A stretch of DNA of 64,000 nucleotides from Minisyncoccota bacterium (GTDB taxonomy: Bacteria > Patescibacteriota > Minisyncoccia > Phycocordibacterales > JABMNX01), in contig OZ244961.1 in assembly GCA_965222715.1 (NCBI GenBank), forward strand, positions 365,458 through 429,457, given 5' to 3'. Every line of letters starts with the position of its first letter. Position 1 is the stretch's first letter. Of the stretch, positions 1-8,840 are shown piece after piece. A program made the position numbers and the translations under genes. The notes beneath the pieces were generated by a model. It was given only the letters and a program-made list of their open reading frames with translations, had not been told where the DNA came from and did not search any database.

Positions 1-1
1 T

Positions 2-196
2 AACCCAGAGGTCTTATGGTACATCTTTTTAGGTATCGTTTTGATATTTGTATTTTATAGTATTTTTCTTATGTACCACTGGTTTCGTTACGGCATGAAT
101 ATTCTTACCTCTCTTATTGCAACAGCTCTCTATGGAGGGGTGAGTCTTATATTACTTCTCATTATGTTACTCTCATTCGCCTCGTTGGTTACTTAA
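2..196 (+). CDS. Partial CDS (5' end outside window): C-terminal part of a hydrophobic membrane protein
   Basis: Open frame from window edge to TAA at 194-196. Translation ...LWYIFLGIVLIFVFYSIFLMYHWFRYGMNILTSLIATALYGGVSLILLLIMLLSFASLVT is strongly hydrophobic (TM helices). Confidence 0.4.
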   Translation, partial: NPEVLWYIFLGIVLIFVFYSIFLMYHWFRYGMNILTSLIATALYGGVSLILLLIMLLSFASLVT

Positions 197-223
197 GAGA
201 TTATCTACGATTACTTACGTACT

Positions 224-757
224 ATGCTTCACTTAAAAGAAGGAGAACAGATTGACATCAAAGCTAGAAAACACTGGTTTATACTTGTTGGTGAGTCTCT
301 TGGGTTATTTATTATGGCAGTATTCCCATTTGTGATTTGGGAAATGCTCTCAGGTGGACAATTTGATGCGCTCTTTCAGGACGGTTTCTCCTTCACAAAT
401 GTCTCCCCCGCACTCCTCACATTCCTCGGAAGCACATGGGTCCTGATTATATGGGCAAAACTCTTTGCTGCGTGGACTGATTACTATCTTGATATTTGGA
501 TTGTCACTAATAATCGTATTGTTAATATTGACCAAAAAGGACTTTTTAGACGAGAAGTCTCAACCGTAAGTTTTGATCGAGTGCAAGATGTAACATTTGA
601 AATTAATGGTATCATCGGAACCGTTCTTGGATTTGGCGATGTGTATGTTCAGACTGCTGGAGAAACGAGAGAGTTTGTTATTGAAGGAGTAGAAAACCCA
701 GAGCATGTAAAAAAACGAATCTTAACACAACTCGATGCTCACTCTACTCGTATGTAA
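224..757 (+). CDS. Membrane protein with two N-terminal TM helices and a bacterial PH-like (YdbT/bPH_2-like) domain
   Basis: ORF translation has KARKHWFILVGESLGLFIMAVFPFVIW TM pair followed by a beta-rich soluble domain. Fold assignment from family knowledge, not verified. Confidence 0.55.
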   Translation: MLHLKEGEQIDIKARKHWFILVGESLGLFIMAVFPFVIWEMLSGGQFDALFQDGFSFTNVSPALLTFLGSTWVLIIWAKLFAAWTDYYLDIWIVTNNRIVNIDQKGLFRREVSTVSFDRVQDVTFEINGIIGTVLGFGDVYVQTAGETREFVIEGVENPEHVKKRILTQLDAHSTRM

Positions 758-834
758 ACATCAAAAAGGCGTGGTGATACGTGCTTTCATCACGACTTGT
801 TTTAAGCTACAATTGAACAATTAATATACGGTCT

Positions 835-2088
835 ATGGGAGATATACCTACAACAGAGTCATACAAAGGCGTACGAGATTTCTATCCTGAAGATATGTAC
901 GTTGAGCGTTTTATTTTTGACACCATGAGTCGAGTTGCTGAGAGTTTTGGGTACCGAGAGTATAGTGCGTCAATCTTAGAACCAGCAGAACTGTATCGCT
1001 CAAAAACAAGTGATGAAATTGTAAATGAACAGACCTACACCTTTACTGACCGTGGGGGGCGTGAGGTAACACTTCGCCCTGAAATGACACCAACCATCAC
1101 TCGTATGGTCGCAGCACGAAAACAAGAGCTTACATACCCTCTTCGATGGTTCTCTATCCCTAATGTATTTCGATACGAACGACCACAGCGGGGACGACTC
1201 CGAGAGCACTGGCAATTAAATGCAGATATATTTGGTGTCTCCAGTACAGATGCAGAAGCTGAGATTATTACTCTTGCTCACTCAATTATGAAAGCCTTTG
1301 GATCAGATGAGAGTGATTTTGAGATTAAAATAAATGATAGAGCTATTATTGACGCTCTACTTGAGGATACTGGTATTTCAGAAGATGTGCGCGGAGAGAT
1401 TATGCTTCTTCTTGATAAACAAGATAAAATTAGTGATTTTAAAGAGCAGTTGACGCGACTCATTGGAGAAAAAACAACACCTTTTATTACACAATTACAA
1501 GCCGTAAGTAGTAGCGCACGACTTGAGGAGCTGGTACAAAAGCTAGAGACCCTTGGTGTTAATAATGTCGTTATCGATACATCAATTGTGCGCGGCTTTA
1601 ACTATTACACGGGCGTGGTGTTTGAAGTGTTTGATACATCGTCAGAAAATAACCGATCATTGTTTGGTGGCGGCCGGTACGATAATTTACTTGAGTTATT
1701 TGGTAGCGAACCTATTCCTGCAGTAGGTTTTGGAATGGGAGACGTTACCATGAAAGACTTTCTTGAAACACATGACCTCCTCCCTGAGTACATTTCTCGA
1801 ACTGACCTCTTTCTTGCAACACTCACTGAAGATGCGGCTGACTTTGCTCAAAAACTTGCACAGGAGTTACGTCAACAAGATGTAAGTGTTGAGGTGTCAC
1901 TCTCACAAAAGAAGGTTGGTGAACAAATTAAACTAGCCGATAAGAAAAAGATTCCATTTGTTATTGCTATTGGAGAAAATGAAGTGGCGCAAGATTCGTT
2001 TACTATTAAACATCTTGCTTCAGGTGATGAGCGCACCGTATCTCGAGAAGACATAGCTACTTATATTTTTGAAAAAGGAGATATATAA
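835..2088 (+). CDS. hisS: Histidine--tRNA ligase (class II aaRS)
   Basis: Motifs REVTLRPEMTP, RWFSIPNVFRYERPQRGRLREHWQLNADIFG, GGGRYDNL and C-terminal anticodon-binding domain. 417 aa. Confidence 0.95.
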   Translation: MGDIPTTESYKGVRDFYPEDMYVERFIFDTMSRVAESFGYREYSASILEPAELYRSKTSDEIVNEQTYTFTDRGGREVTLRPEMTPTITRMVAARKQELTYPLRWFSIPNVFRYERPQRGRLREHWQLNADIFGVSSTDAEAEIITLAHSIMKAFGSDESDFEIKINDRAIIDALLEDTGISEDVRGEIMLLLDKQDKISDFKEQLTRLIGEKTTPFITQLQAVSSSARLEELVQKLETLGVNNVVIDTSIVRGFNYYTGVVFEVFDTSSENNRSLFGGGRYDNLLELFGSEPIPAVGFGMGDVTMKDFLETHDLLPEYISRTDLFLATLTEDAADFAQKLAQELRQQDVSVEVSLSQKKVGEQIKLADKKKIPFVIAIGENEVAQDSFTIKHLASGDERTVSREDIATYIFEKGDI

Positions 2089-2108
2089 GAAGAAGTTTTT
2101 TAATATCT

Positions 2109-2684
2109 ATGAGAAAAGTTGTTTTTGATATAGAAACACAGAATACCTTTGAAGATGTTGGTAAAGCAGAACCAGCACTTCTTGATATCGCACTTGTAGG
2201 CGTCTATGACTATGAAACAAATGAATACTATTCGTATACCGAGAACCAGCTCTCAGAACTGTGGCCTCTTCTTGAAAAAACTGACATGCTCATTGGGTAT
2301 AACTCAGACCATTTTGATATTCCCCTTCTTAATAAGTACTACCACGGCGACCTCACTCGAATAAAAAGTCTTGATTTACTCAAAGAGATTAAAAATGCAC
2401 TTGGGAGACGATTACGTCTTAATGTTGTTGCCGAAGCAACACTTGGAGTAAACAAGAGTGGCCATGGACTTGATGCAATTAAGTGGTGGAGAAACGGAGA
2501 GATTGAGAAGGTACGAAGGTACTGTCTTGACGATGTAAAGATAACTAAAGATATATATGATTTTGCACTAGCAAATGGTTTTCTGAAATATAAAGACCTC
2601 TCAGAAGTTAAAGACATAAAACTTGATACATCACATTGGGAAGAAGATCAGAGTGTTTCAATGACTCACTCACTTCCTTTTTAA
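2109..2684 (+). CDS. RNase H-like 3'-5' exonuclease family protein (DEDD-type, YprB/PolB-exo-like)
   Basis: N-terminal VVFDIETQN (Exo I DxE) and later YNSDHFDIPLL, CLDDVKITKDIY motifs typical of RNase H-like exonuclease fold. 191 aa. Confidence 0.6.
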   Translation: MRKVVFDIETQNTFEDVGKAEPALLDIALVGVYDYETNEYYSYTENQLSELWPLLEKTDMLIGYNSDHFDIPLLNKYYHGDLTRIKSLDLLKEIKNALGRRLRLNVVAEATLGVNKSGHGLDAIKWWRNGEIEKVRRYCLDDVKITKDIYDFALANGFLKYKDLSEVKDIKLDTSHWEEDQSVSMTHSLPF

Positions 2685-2700
2685 ATCCCCTACCTTTTCA

Positions 2701-3498
2701 CTAGACAATAAGAATAAAAACCAAAAGGGCGAGCAGAACTCGATACACAATAAAAACGTTGAGTGTGTGGTTACGTAAGTAGCGAACCATAAAATGCATA
2801 GCCAGTATTCCCACAATAAACGCAGTAAGGGCGCTTAGAAAAAGTGGGAGGCCTAATGTAACTAAATCACCACTTCCTCCAAGTTCAAGTAATTTTTTAA
2901 GGCCTGAGCCAAAAATGATAGGAAATCCAAGCATGAATCCAAATCGTGTTGCCTCAACTCGTGAAAGCCCTAACAGCAACCCACCAGCAATGGTAACACC
3001 AGAACGAGACATGCCGGGAATGAGTGCAAGCGCCTGAAAGAGTCCGATCCAAAAACCTCGTTTCACATTAAGTTCTTGGGCTTGTTTTGCGAGTCGCTCT
3101 GCTACCCAAAAAAGTGCCGCCCCGAGAAGGAGTGTCCACGCAACTAGCTCAGCATTTCGAAACGATGTTGCCATAATGTCTTCAAGCAGAAGGCCGAGCA
3201 CTACAGCAGGCAGTGTTCCAACAACAAGCGCTCCTATTAGAATTTTGTCTTTTGAAGGTATTACCTTGCCTTGTACCCATTGGAGTGCTGAGAGAAAAAG
3301 TTGTAAAAAATCACGCCAAAAGTAGATGAGAATCGCGAGTGAGGTCGCAAGTTGTAACACTGCATCAACTGAGAGACCGAACTCTGTGTGTACACCTAAC
3401 ACCTCACGCGCGAGAATAAGATGCCCTGATGATGAAATGGGTAGAAATTCTGTTATTCCTTGAACAGCCCCAAGAATAATACCAGTGAGAGTATCCAT
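2701..3498 (-). CDS. uppP: Undecaprenyl-diphosphatase (BacA/UppP)
   Basis: Canonical N-terminus MDTLTGIILGAVQGITEFLPISSSGHLIL and multi-TM body. Start placed at the internal Met matching the conserved family N-terminus (the ORF track extends to 3555). Confidence 0.85.
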   Translation of the reverse strand: MDTLTGIILGAVQGITEFLPISSSGHLILAREVLGVHTEFGLSVDAVLQLATSLAILIYFWRDFLQLFLSALQWVQGKVIPSKDKILIGALVVGTLPAVVLGLLLEDIMATSFRNAELVAWTLLLGAALFWVAERLAKQAQELNVKRGFWIGLFQALALIPGMSRSGVTIAGGLLLGLSRVEATRFGFMLGFPIIFGSGLKKLLELGGSGDLVTLGLPLFLSALTAFIVGILAMHFMVRYLRNHTLNVFIVYRVLLALLVFILIV

Positions 3499-3557
3499 AC
3501 AGTACTTAGAATATAGTGTGGTACACTTAATACTATCATAGTAGTTAATAAACATAT

Positions 3558-4292
3558 ATGGAAGAAACAGTAGAACAAGGACATGCTACGAGGAATAAGT
3601 ATATGATTCCTGCAGCAATAGTCATCGCGGGTGTACTCATTGCTGGTGCGCTCTATATGACAAATCAACCAAACGAAGCACCTCGAGTTGGAGGAAGTAG
3701 CGATACCGCACAACGTATTCCACCCGTAACCAGTGACGACCATATTCTTGGAAGCCCAGACGCACAAATTGTTATTGTTGAGTATTCAGACTTTGAGTGT
3801 CCGTTTTGTAAAGATTTTCACAATGTAATGCATCAGATCATCGACGAGTACGGCCCAACAGGTGAAGTTGCCTGGGTGTATCGACACTTTGCTATCCCAC
3901 AACTACATTCAAAAGCCCCAAAAGAGGCAGAGGCAACAGAATGTGCAGCTGAACTTGGTGGGAACCAGGGCTTCTGGGACTATGCTGATAGGCTCTTTGA
4001 GGTAACACCATCAAATAATGGCCTTAATCTCTCACAACTTCCTGTTATTGCTGAAGAAGTTGGTCTTGACCGAGGTGCATTTGAGGCGTGTCTTTCAAGT
4101 GGACGATATGCACAGAAAATAGAAGACTCCTTTAATGAAGTGCGAGCAGCAGGTGGACGTGGTACTCCCCACAACGTTGTTATTGTAGACGGACAACAAG
4201 CAGTGATTGAAGGTGCACAACCACTACAAGCAATGCGCCGTGTTATTGAAACGCTTCTTAACGATTCAGGCGCGTCAGTACCAGCACTGTAA
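3558..4292 (+). CDS. DsbA-family thiol:disulfide oxidoreductase (thioredoxin fold, CPFC active site), membrane anchored
   Basis: N-terminal TM helix, then EYSDFECPFCKDFH active-site CxxC and DsbA-like helical insertion. Confidence 0.8.
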   Translation: MEETVEQGHATRNKYMIPAAIVIAGVLIAGALYMTNQPNEAPRVGGSSDTAQRIPPVTSDDHILGSPDAQIVIVEYSDFECPFCKDFHNVMHQIIDEYGPTGEVAWVYRHFAIPQLHSKAPKEAEATECAAELGGNQGFWDYADRLFEVTPSNNGLNLSQLPVIAEEVGLDRGAFEACLSSGRYAQKIEDSFNEVRAAGGRGTPHNVVIVDGQQAVIEGAQPLQAMRRVIETLLNDSGASVPAL

Positions 4293-4305
4293 TCCACAAC
4301 CTTTA

Positions 4306-4331
4306 GTTTACAATAAACGCCAAGAGTACTC
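4306..4331. terminator. Bidirectional intrinsic terminator, copy 1 of recurring palindrome, between convergent dsbA-like and nuclease genes
   Basis: aataaacgccaagagtactcttggcgtttatttt. Confidence 0.7.
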
Positions 4332-4487
4332 TTGGCGTTTATTTTGTATTGTTTAATATCTCAGCTATAGCTGAGATATTAAACAAAGGAAGTTTTATAC
4401 ATTACTTTTTATATGGTGCCCTTATACAAATTTCATACATTAACCTTCTACAAATTTCATGTATTACCCCTCTGTAAATTTTATATA

Positions 4488-5315
4488 CTATTCTTCAACA
4501 AGGCCGAGGCGGTAGATATCAAATGAGTTCTCTCCTTCAAACATGTCCGTTGGGTTAGGAAGAAAGATACGCCGTCGAGAAATCTCTTCAGTTGCATCAT
4601 TTAGTAGGCGGTGGAATAACACAAACTCATCTTGGCACTCATTAAAATCAATGACGTATTTACGCATCTGTGATTTTCCATCAGCATTCTTAGTGCGTTT
4701 ACATTCTTGAACAATAAACCGACGTACTGGCATATTAAATTCTTCTCTAACAGTGTAGTAGTTAAAGAGCGCCTGAATAATAAAAAGTGTCTTTTGTGCA
4801 CCATATCCACTAAATGACTGTACAAATTTGTGATCAACTATATCAAGTGCACCTTTTTCAATGCGAGACTCTACCACTAAATCAGAAACCGCCTTCAGTG
4901 GAAGTGTAAGCCCATCAACGCCCGCAACAATACTTTGCTCTACAGCAACCACTTTATGACGTGGTGGTCGCTTAAGATAGAAATTAATTGCCTGTAGGTA
5001 GCTTTTTTCCATCCCTAATCGCTTTTGCTTCTGTGCTCGTTTAGTACGAGCAGTCCCAAAGTTAATTTCAATATCTTGGATATGTTTGAGATACTCTCTT
5101 CCCTTCTCTATTGCTTCTTCTTTTGGCACTCCTTTGTAGAAATACTCAAGCGCTAAGTGCCCAGCTCGCCCCACAAATGACGAAGGTGATGATGGAATGT
5201 CGTAGACTTTCTCGACATAGCGCTTATACCACGCAAGTGGATTATTAAGAAAGGTCATTAACGAGGAGTAGCTCCAGTGTTCTATTGGTAGTTTTTGTGG
5301 AAGTTTCTGGCTCAT
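4488..5315 (-). CDS. PD-(D/E)XK nuclease superfamily protein (RecB/Cas4-like nuclease domain, standalone)
   Basis: N-terminal HWSYSSLMTFLNNPLAWYKRYV motif typical of the family. Putative catalytic motif ...SDLVVESRIEKGALDIVDHKF (D...D/E-x-K). No C-terminal Cys cluster. Confidence 0.6.
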   Translation of the reverse strand: MSQKLPQKLPIEHWSYSSLMTFLNNPLAWYKRYVEKVYDIPSSPSSFVGRAGHLALEYFYKGVPKEEAIEKGREYLKHIQDIEINFGTARTKRAQKQKRLGMEKSYLQAINFYLKRPPRHKVVAVEQSIVAGVDGLTLPLKAVSDLVVESRIEKGALDIVDHKFVQSFSGYGAQKTLFIIQALFNYYTVREEFNMPVRRFIVQECKRTKNADGKSQMRKYVIDFNECQDEFVLFHRLLNDATEEISRRRIFLPNPTDMFEGENSFDIYRLGLVEE

Positions 5316-5426
5316 TAGCTAGAAGTATAACAAAACTGCGTGTTTATATAGTACTATTGACAATAGTTTTATATTATGATATATTTAACGTAGTTATACC
5401 TGAACATTAGAGTACGAGGTGACGTT

Positions 5427-5606
5427 ATGAATCTCAAAGAGGGTGTCCCTATTATACTTCTCTTCTTAGCTGCTTCGTTTTTTGCAGCAACCGCATTCAA
5501 GGAAGCATCTCCTTCCTACGTGGGTTTTGCTATATTCAGTTTCTGTTGTGGTCTTGCCGCAATCGGAGAAGCTATCGTGAACGCGATCAAAAAAAGCAAA
5601 GGGTGA
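5427..5606 (+). CDS. Small hydrophobic protein (59 aa), hypothetical
   Basis: Strong SD GAGGTGA 6 nt upstream of ATG at 5427. Translation MNLKEGVPIILLFLAASFFAATAFKEASPSYVGFAIFSFCCGLAAIGEAIVNAIKKSKG (two TM helices). Followed by an intrinsic terminator at 5628-5659. Below the 60-aa cutoff of the ORF track. Confidence 0.35.
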   Translation: MNLKEGVPIILLFLAASFFAATAFKEASPSYVGFAIFSFCCGLAAIGEAIVNAIKKSKG

Positions 5607-5627
5607 ACACGTCGTCGCTTTTTGCTA

Positions 5628-5659
5628 AAACGCCGAGCATATGCTCGGCGTTCTCTTTT
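5628..5659. terminator. Bidirectional intrinsic terminator (small ORF / rpoD)
   Basis: aacgccgagcatatgctcggcgtt + ctcttttt; A-run on other side. Confidence 0.65.
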
Positions 5660-5671
5660 TAACAACAGCTA

Positions 5672-6985
5672 CTAGTAATTCTTGAGTTGATTTGAGTGTT
5701 CGTGGTGACGGATTTTCTCAAGCGCTTTTGCCTCGATTTGTCGAATACGTTCACGAGTTACCCCAAATTCTTTTCCTACTTCCTCAAGAGTATGATAAAT
5801 ACCATCCTCAAGTCCATGACGCATTTCAAGAATCTTTCGCTCTTTTGGTGAGAGTTCATCAAGAATACTACGCACCTGATCAGCTAGAATTCGTCGAGCT
5901 GATTCCTGGTCTGGTGAGAGAATTTTATCGTCAGCAATAAAGTCTCCGAGGGTTGATTTATCTTCCCCCTCATCCCCCACTGGGCTCTCGAGTGAAACAG
6001 TATCTTGGTTAATTTTTTCAATATTATGAATCTTCTCAACATCAAGCCCCATCTCTGCAGCAATCTCTTCTGGAAGTGGATCCCGCCCAAGATCCTGGCT
6101 CAACTGTCGTACTTTCTGCTTGTACTTTGCAATAGTTTCAACCATATGGACTGGAATACGAATAGTGCGAGATTGATCAGCAAGCGCTCGAGTAATTGCT
6201 TGGCGAATCCACCACGTTGCATAAGTTGAGAACTTGTACCCTTTTGTATAGTCAAACTTATCAACTGCACGAAAGAGTCCAATATTCCCCTCTTGAATAA
6301 GGTCGAGAAGTGTAAGATCAGGGCTACGGCCAACATATTTCTTTGCAATTGAGACGACGAGGCGTAGGTTTGCTCGCGCAAGAAGGTTCACCGCCTCTTC
6401 ATCACCTTCTGTAATGCGCTTTGCCAAGTCTCGCTCTTCCTGGGCGTTAAGGAGTGGGTACTGACCTATCTCACGGAGATACATTTGAATTGAATCGTAC
6501 GCAGAATCTTGCTTGTGATACACGTTCTTATTACCCAAGAGATTAGGTTCTTCTGCTTCAAGGAGGCCTCCTCCTTCAAGGACATCAATACTTGCCGTAT
6601 TAAGGCGTTCATACATCTCCTCAAGAAACAGTACGTCTTCCTCAATCTTAGGAAATGTCTTAAGAATTTGGTCGTACGTCACATACCCTCGTGCGCGACC
6701 ATTTTCAAGAAGTTCTTCTGCTTTCTTCTCTTTATTTTTATCTTTCTTGAGTGAAGTGCTTTTCTTCGGAGCTTTCTTCACAGCCTTTTTCTTTCCGGTT
6801 TTTTTAGGCGCTACTTTTTTTGTTACTTTTTTCTTTGCTGGCTTCTTCTTTGCAACCTTTCGTTTTGCAACTTTCTTTACTACTTTTTTAGTAGCTTTTT
6901 TTCGCGGAGATTTTTTGGTCGCTTTTGATGCGACTTTTCGAGTTGTCTTTTTTGTTTTTGTAGTAGCTTTTTTCTTTGTAGCCAT
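5672..6985 (-). CDS. rpoD: RNA polymerase sigma-70 factor RpoD/SigA with ~100-aa Lys/Ala/Thr-rich histone-H1-like N-terminal extension
   Basis: Regions 1.2-4 recognisable: [50 protein letters not shown], region 4 [25 protein letters not shown]-terminus [25 protein letters not shown]... Confidence 0.95.
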   Translation of the reverse strand: MATKKKATTKTKKTTRKVASKATKKSPRKKATKKVVKKVAKRKVAKKKPAKKKVTKKVAPKKTGKKKAVKKAPKKSTSLKKDKNKEKKAEELLENGRARGYVTYDQILKTFPKIEEDVLFLEEMYERLNTASIDVLEGGGLLEAEEPNLLGNKNVYHKQDSAYDSIQMYLREIGQYPLLNAQEERDLAKRITEGDEEAVNLLARANLRLVVSIAKKYVGRSPDLTLLDLIQEGNIGLFRAVDKFDYTKGYKFSTYATWWIRQAITRALADQSRTIRIPVHMVETIAKYKQKVRQLSQDLGRDPLPEEIAAEMGLDVEKIHNIEKINQDTVSLESPVGDEGEDKSTLGDFIADDKILSPDQESARRILADQVRSILDELSPKERKILEMRHGLEDGIYHTLEEVGKEFGVTRERIRQIEAKALEKIRHHEHSNQLKNY

Positions 6986-7021
6986 AGTATTTAATTTTAC
7001 CTTATTAATATTATTTTCCTA

Positions 7022-8752
7022 TTATTTACTAACGAATGATTTTAATTTTTCTGCAATTTTTTGACTTTTCTCTAAAAGTTTTGAAGAAGTCTGTGTATCC
7101 CCCGAGAGCTCTGCGTTACGCAATGCTTCCATCGTTTCTTCAAATTCCTTCTTGGTCATCCTGTACCGCACATGCTCTAACAATTCCTCTATATCTTCCC
7201 GTAAAATATTCTCATGCTCATACAATAATTCAATTTTAAATATATTTTCTTGTTGTTTGTTGCGACATTTCTCAAGAAGCTGAGCACCCCTCTCCTCCCC
7301 GAGAAGAGCAATGAATGATTCTCGCAGTTCACTAACATTAATACTTGGTGTTTCGATCTCCTCTTGCCATACAATAATTCCAGCAAGCTTCTCTTCAGCT
7401 GATTCTGGTGCTGATGGTTTTTGCGTGGACGCCACTCCTTCTCTTTGTGTCTGGTGTGACTTTAACTCTCTTTCACCAGCCATTCGCTCAAGATCAGCAT
7501 AGAGCACCTCTTCTGATATATTCATTGCTCGAGATACTCGAGTAATAAAGTGACTTTGGTCTACTTTATTTGATATTTGTGCAATAAGTGGAAATACTTT
7601 TTCTTGAACTTCGAGTTTAAATTTCCGCTCATCATACCCCTTCTCTCGTATATAGGTAAGGTAGAAGTCGATAATATGAACTGAGTTACGTACTGCTTCT
7701 TTCCATTTCTTAGGATCTTCTAAGATAAGGTCTGCAGGATCAACCCCCTCGGGAAGTTGTGCGACTTTTACATCAAGCCCCATACGAAGCGCAAGTGAAG
7801 CGCTTTTCCCAGCTGAGGTGAAACCTGCTTGGTCAGCATCAAACGCCATAACAATGTTTTTTGAGAGACGACTTAAGAGTGTTAGTTGGTGCTCGGTAAG
7901 GGCGGTACCTGAGACAGCAACAGTGTTTGAGTAGCCTGCTTGATGAGAAAGCACTACGTCCATTTGACCCTCAACCAGAATCGAGAAATTAAATTTCTTA
8001 ATACTCCCCTTTGCTAAGTCGTAGCCAAAGAGCACGCGAGACTTGTTATATAGAGGTGTGTCGGGTGAGTTAATGTACTTCCCTGTTTTACCATCGTTGT
8101 GCTGAGGAAGAATTCTTCCAGAAAAACCAACACTACGCCCTACACTATCTCGTATTGGAAACATGACTCTCCCTCGAAAAGTGTCGTAGTAACGAACTTC
8201 TTTTTTTTCTGTCTCGGCTTTTTTAACTAAACCAGCAGTGACCAGCTCTTCTTTTTGATACGATGCCGACTCAAGGTGTTCAAGTAATGCCCTCCATTCA
8301 TGTGGGGCGTATCCAAGAGAAAACCGTTCGATTAACTCTTTTGAAACACCTCGTTTGGTGAGATACTCACGTGCTTCTGTATTACGAGTAAGGTTGTGGT
8401 GGTAAAACGCTTCTGCTTTTGAAAGAGCGTCATAGAGACGTTCTCGTTCATCTCGCACTTCTTTACTTTCATGAACTAACTCCACCCCAGCTTTTTCTGC
8501 AAGAATTTTAAGTGCTCCCTTAAAATCAACACCCTCCATTTTTTCAACAAAAGTAAAGATGTCTCCGCCTTGATTTGTTGAAAAGCAGTAATACATATTT
8601 CGCTCTGGCGAGACGAAAAATGATGGCGTTTTCTCATTACTAAATGGTGATCTCCCTTTGTAGTTCTTTCCGGCTTTAGTTAGCTTCACGTATGCTGAAA
8701 CAACATCAAGAATGTTTAATCGTTCTTTTATTTGCTCAACTTGTGAAGACAT
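7022..8752 (-). CDS. dnaG: DNA primase DnaG
   Basis: N-terminal zinc-binding-domain homolog (KGRSPFSNEKTPSFFVSPERNMYYCF), TOPRIM core (FSILVEGQMDVV, VAFDADQAG) and C-terminal helical domain. Start set at MSSQVEQIKERL; the ORF track extends to 8821. Confidence 0.9.
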   Translation of the reverse strand: MSSQVEQIKERLNILDVVSAYVKLTKAGKNYKGRSPFSNEKTPSFFVSPERNMYYCFSTNQGGDIFTFVEKMEGVDFKGALKILAEKAGVELVHESKEVRDERERLYDALSKAEAFYHHNLTRNTEAREYLTKRGVSKELIERFSLGYAPHEWRALLEHLESASYQKEELVTAGLVKKAETEKKEVRYYDTFRGRVMFPIRDSVGRSVGFSGRILPQHNDGKTGKYINSPDTPLYNKSRVLFGYDLAKGSIKKFNFSILVEGQMDVVLSHQAGYSNTVAVSGTALTEHQLTLLSRLSKNIVMAFDADQAGFTSAGKSASLALRMGLDVKVAQLPEGVDPADLILEDPKKWKEAVRNSVHIIDFYLTYIREKGYDERKFKLEVQEKVFPLIAQISNKVDQSHFITRVSRAMNISEEVLYADLERMAGERELKSHQTQREGVASTQKPSAPESAEEKLAGIIVWQEEIETPSINVSELRESFIALLGEERGAQLLEKCRNKQQENIFKIELLYEHENILREDIEELLEHVRYRMTKKEFEETMEALRNAELSGDTQTSSKLLEKSQKIAEKLKSFVSK

Positions 8753-8840
8753 AGTATGTATTACCTCTCTATTGGTACTACTAGAGCCACTAGTAAGGCG
8801 TATGTACCCATGAAAGAACAATTAGCGACAAAGCGCAAAC

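Noticed and set aside
6747-7064. 105-aa plus-strand ORF rich in Phe
   Set aside because: Antisense of the Lys-rich N-terminal extension of rpoD (AAA/AAG codons read as TTT/CTT).
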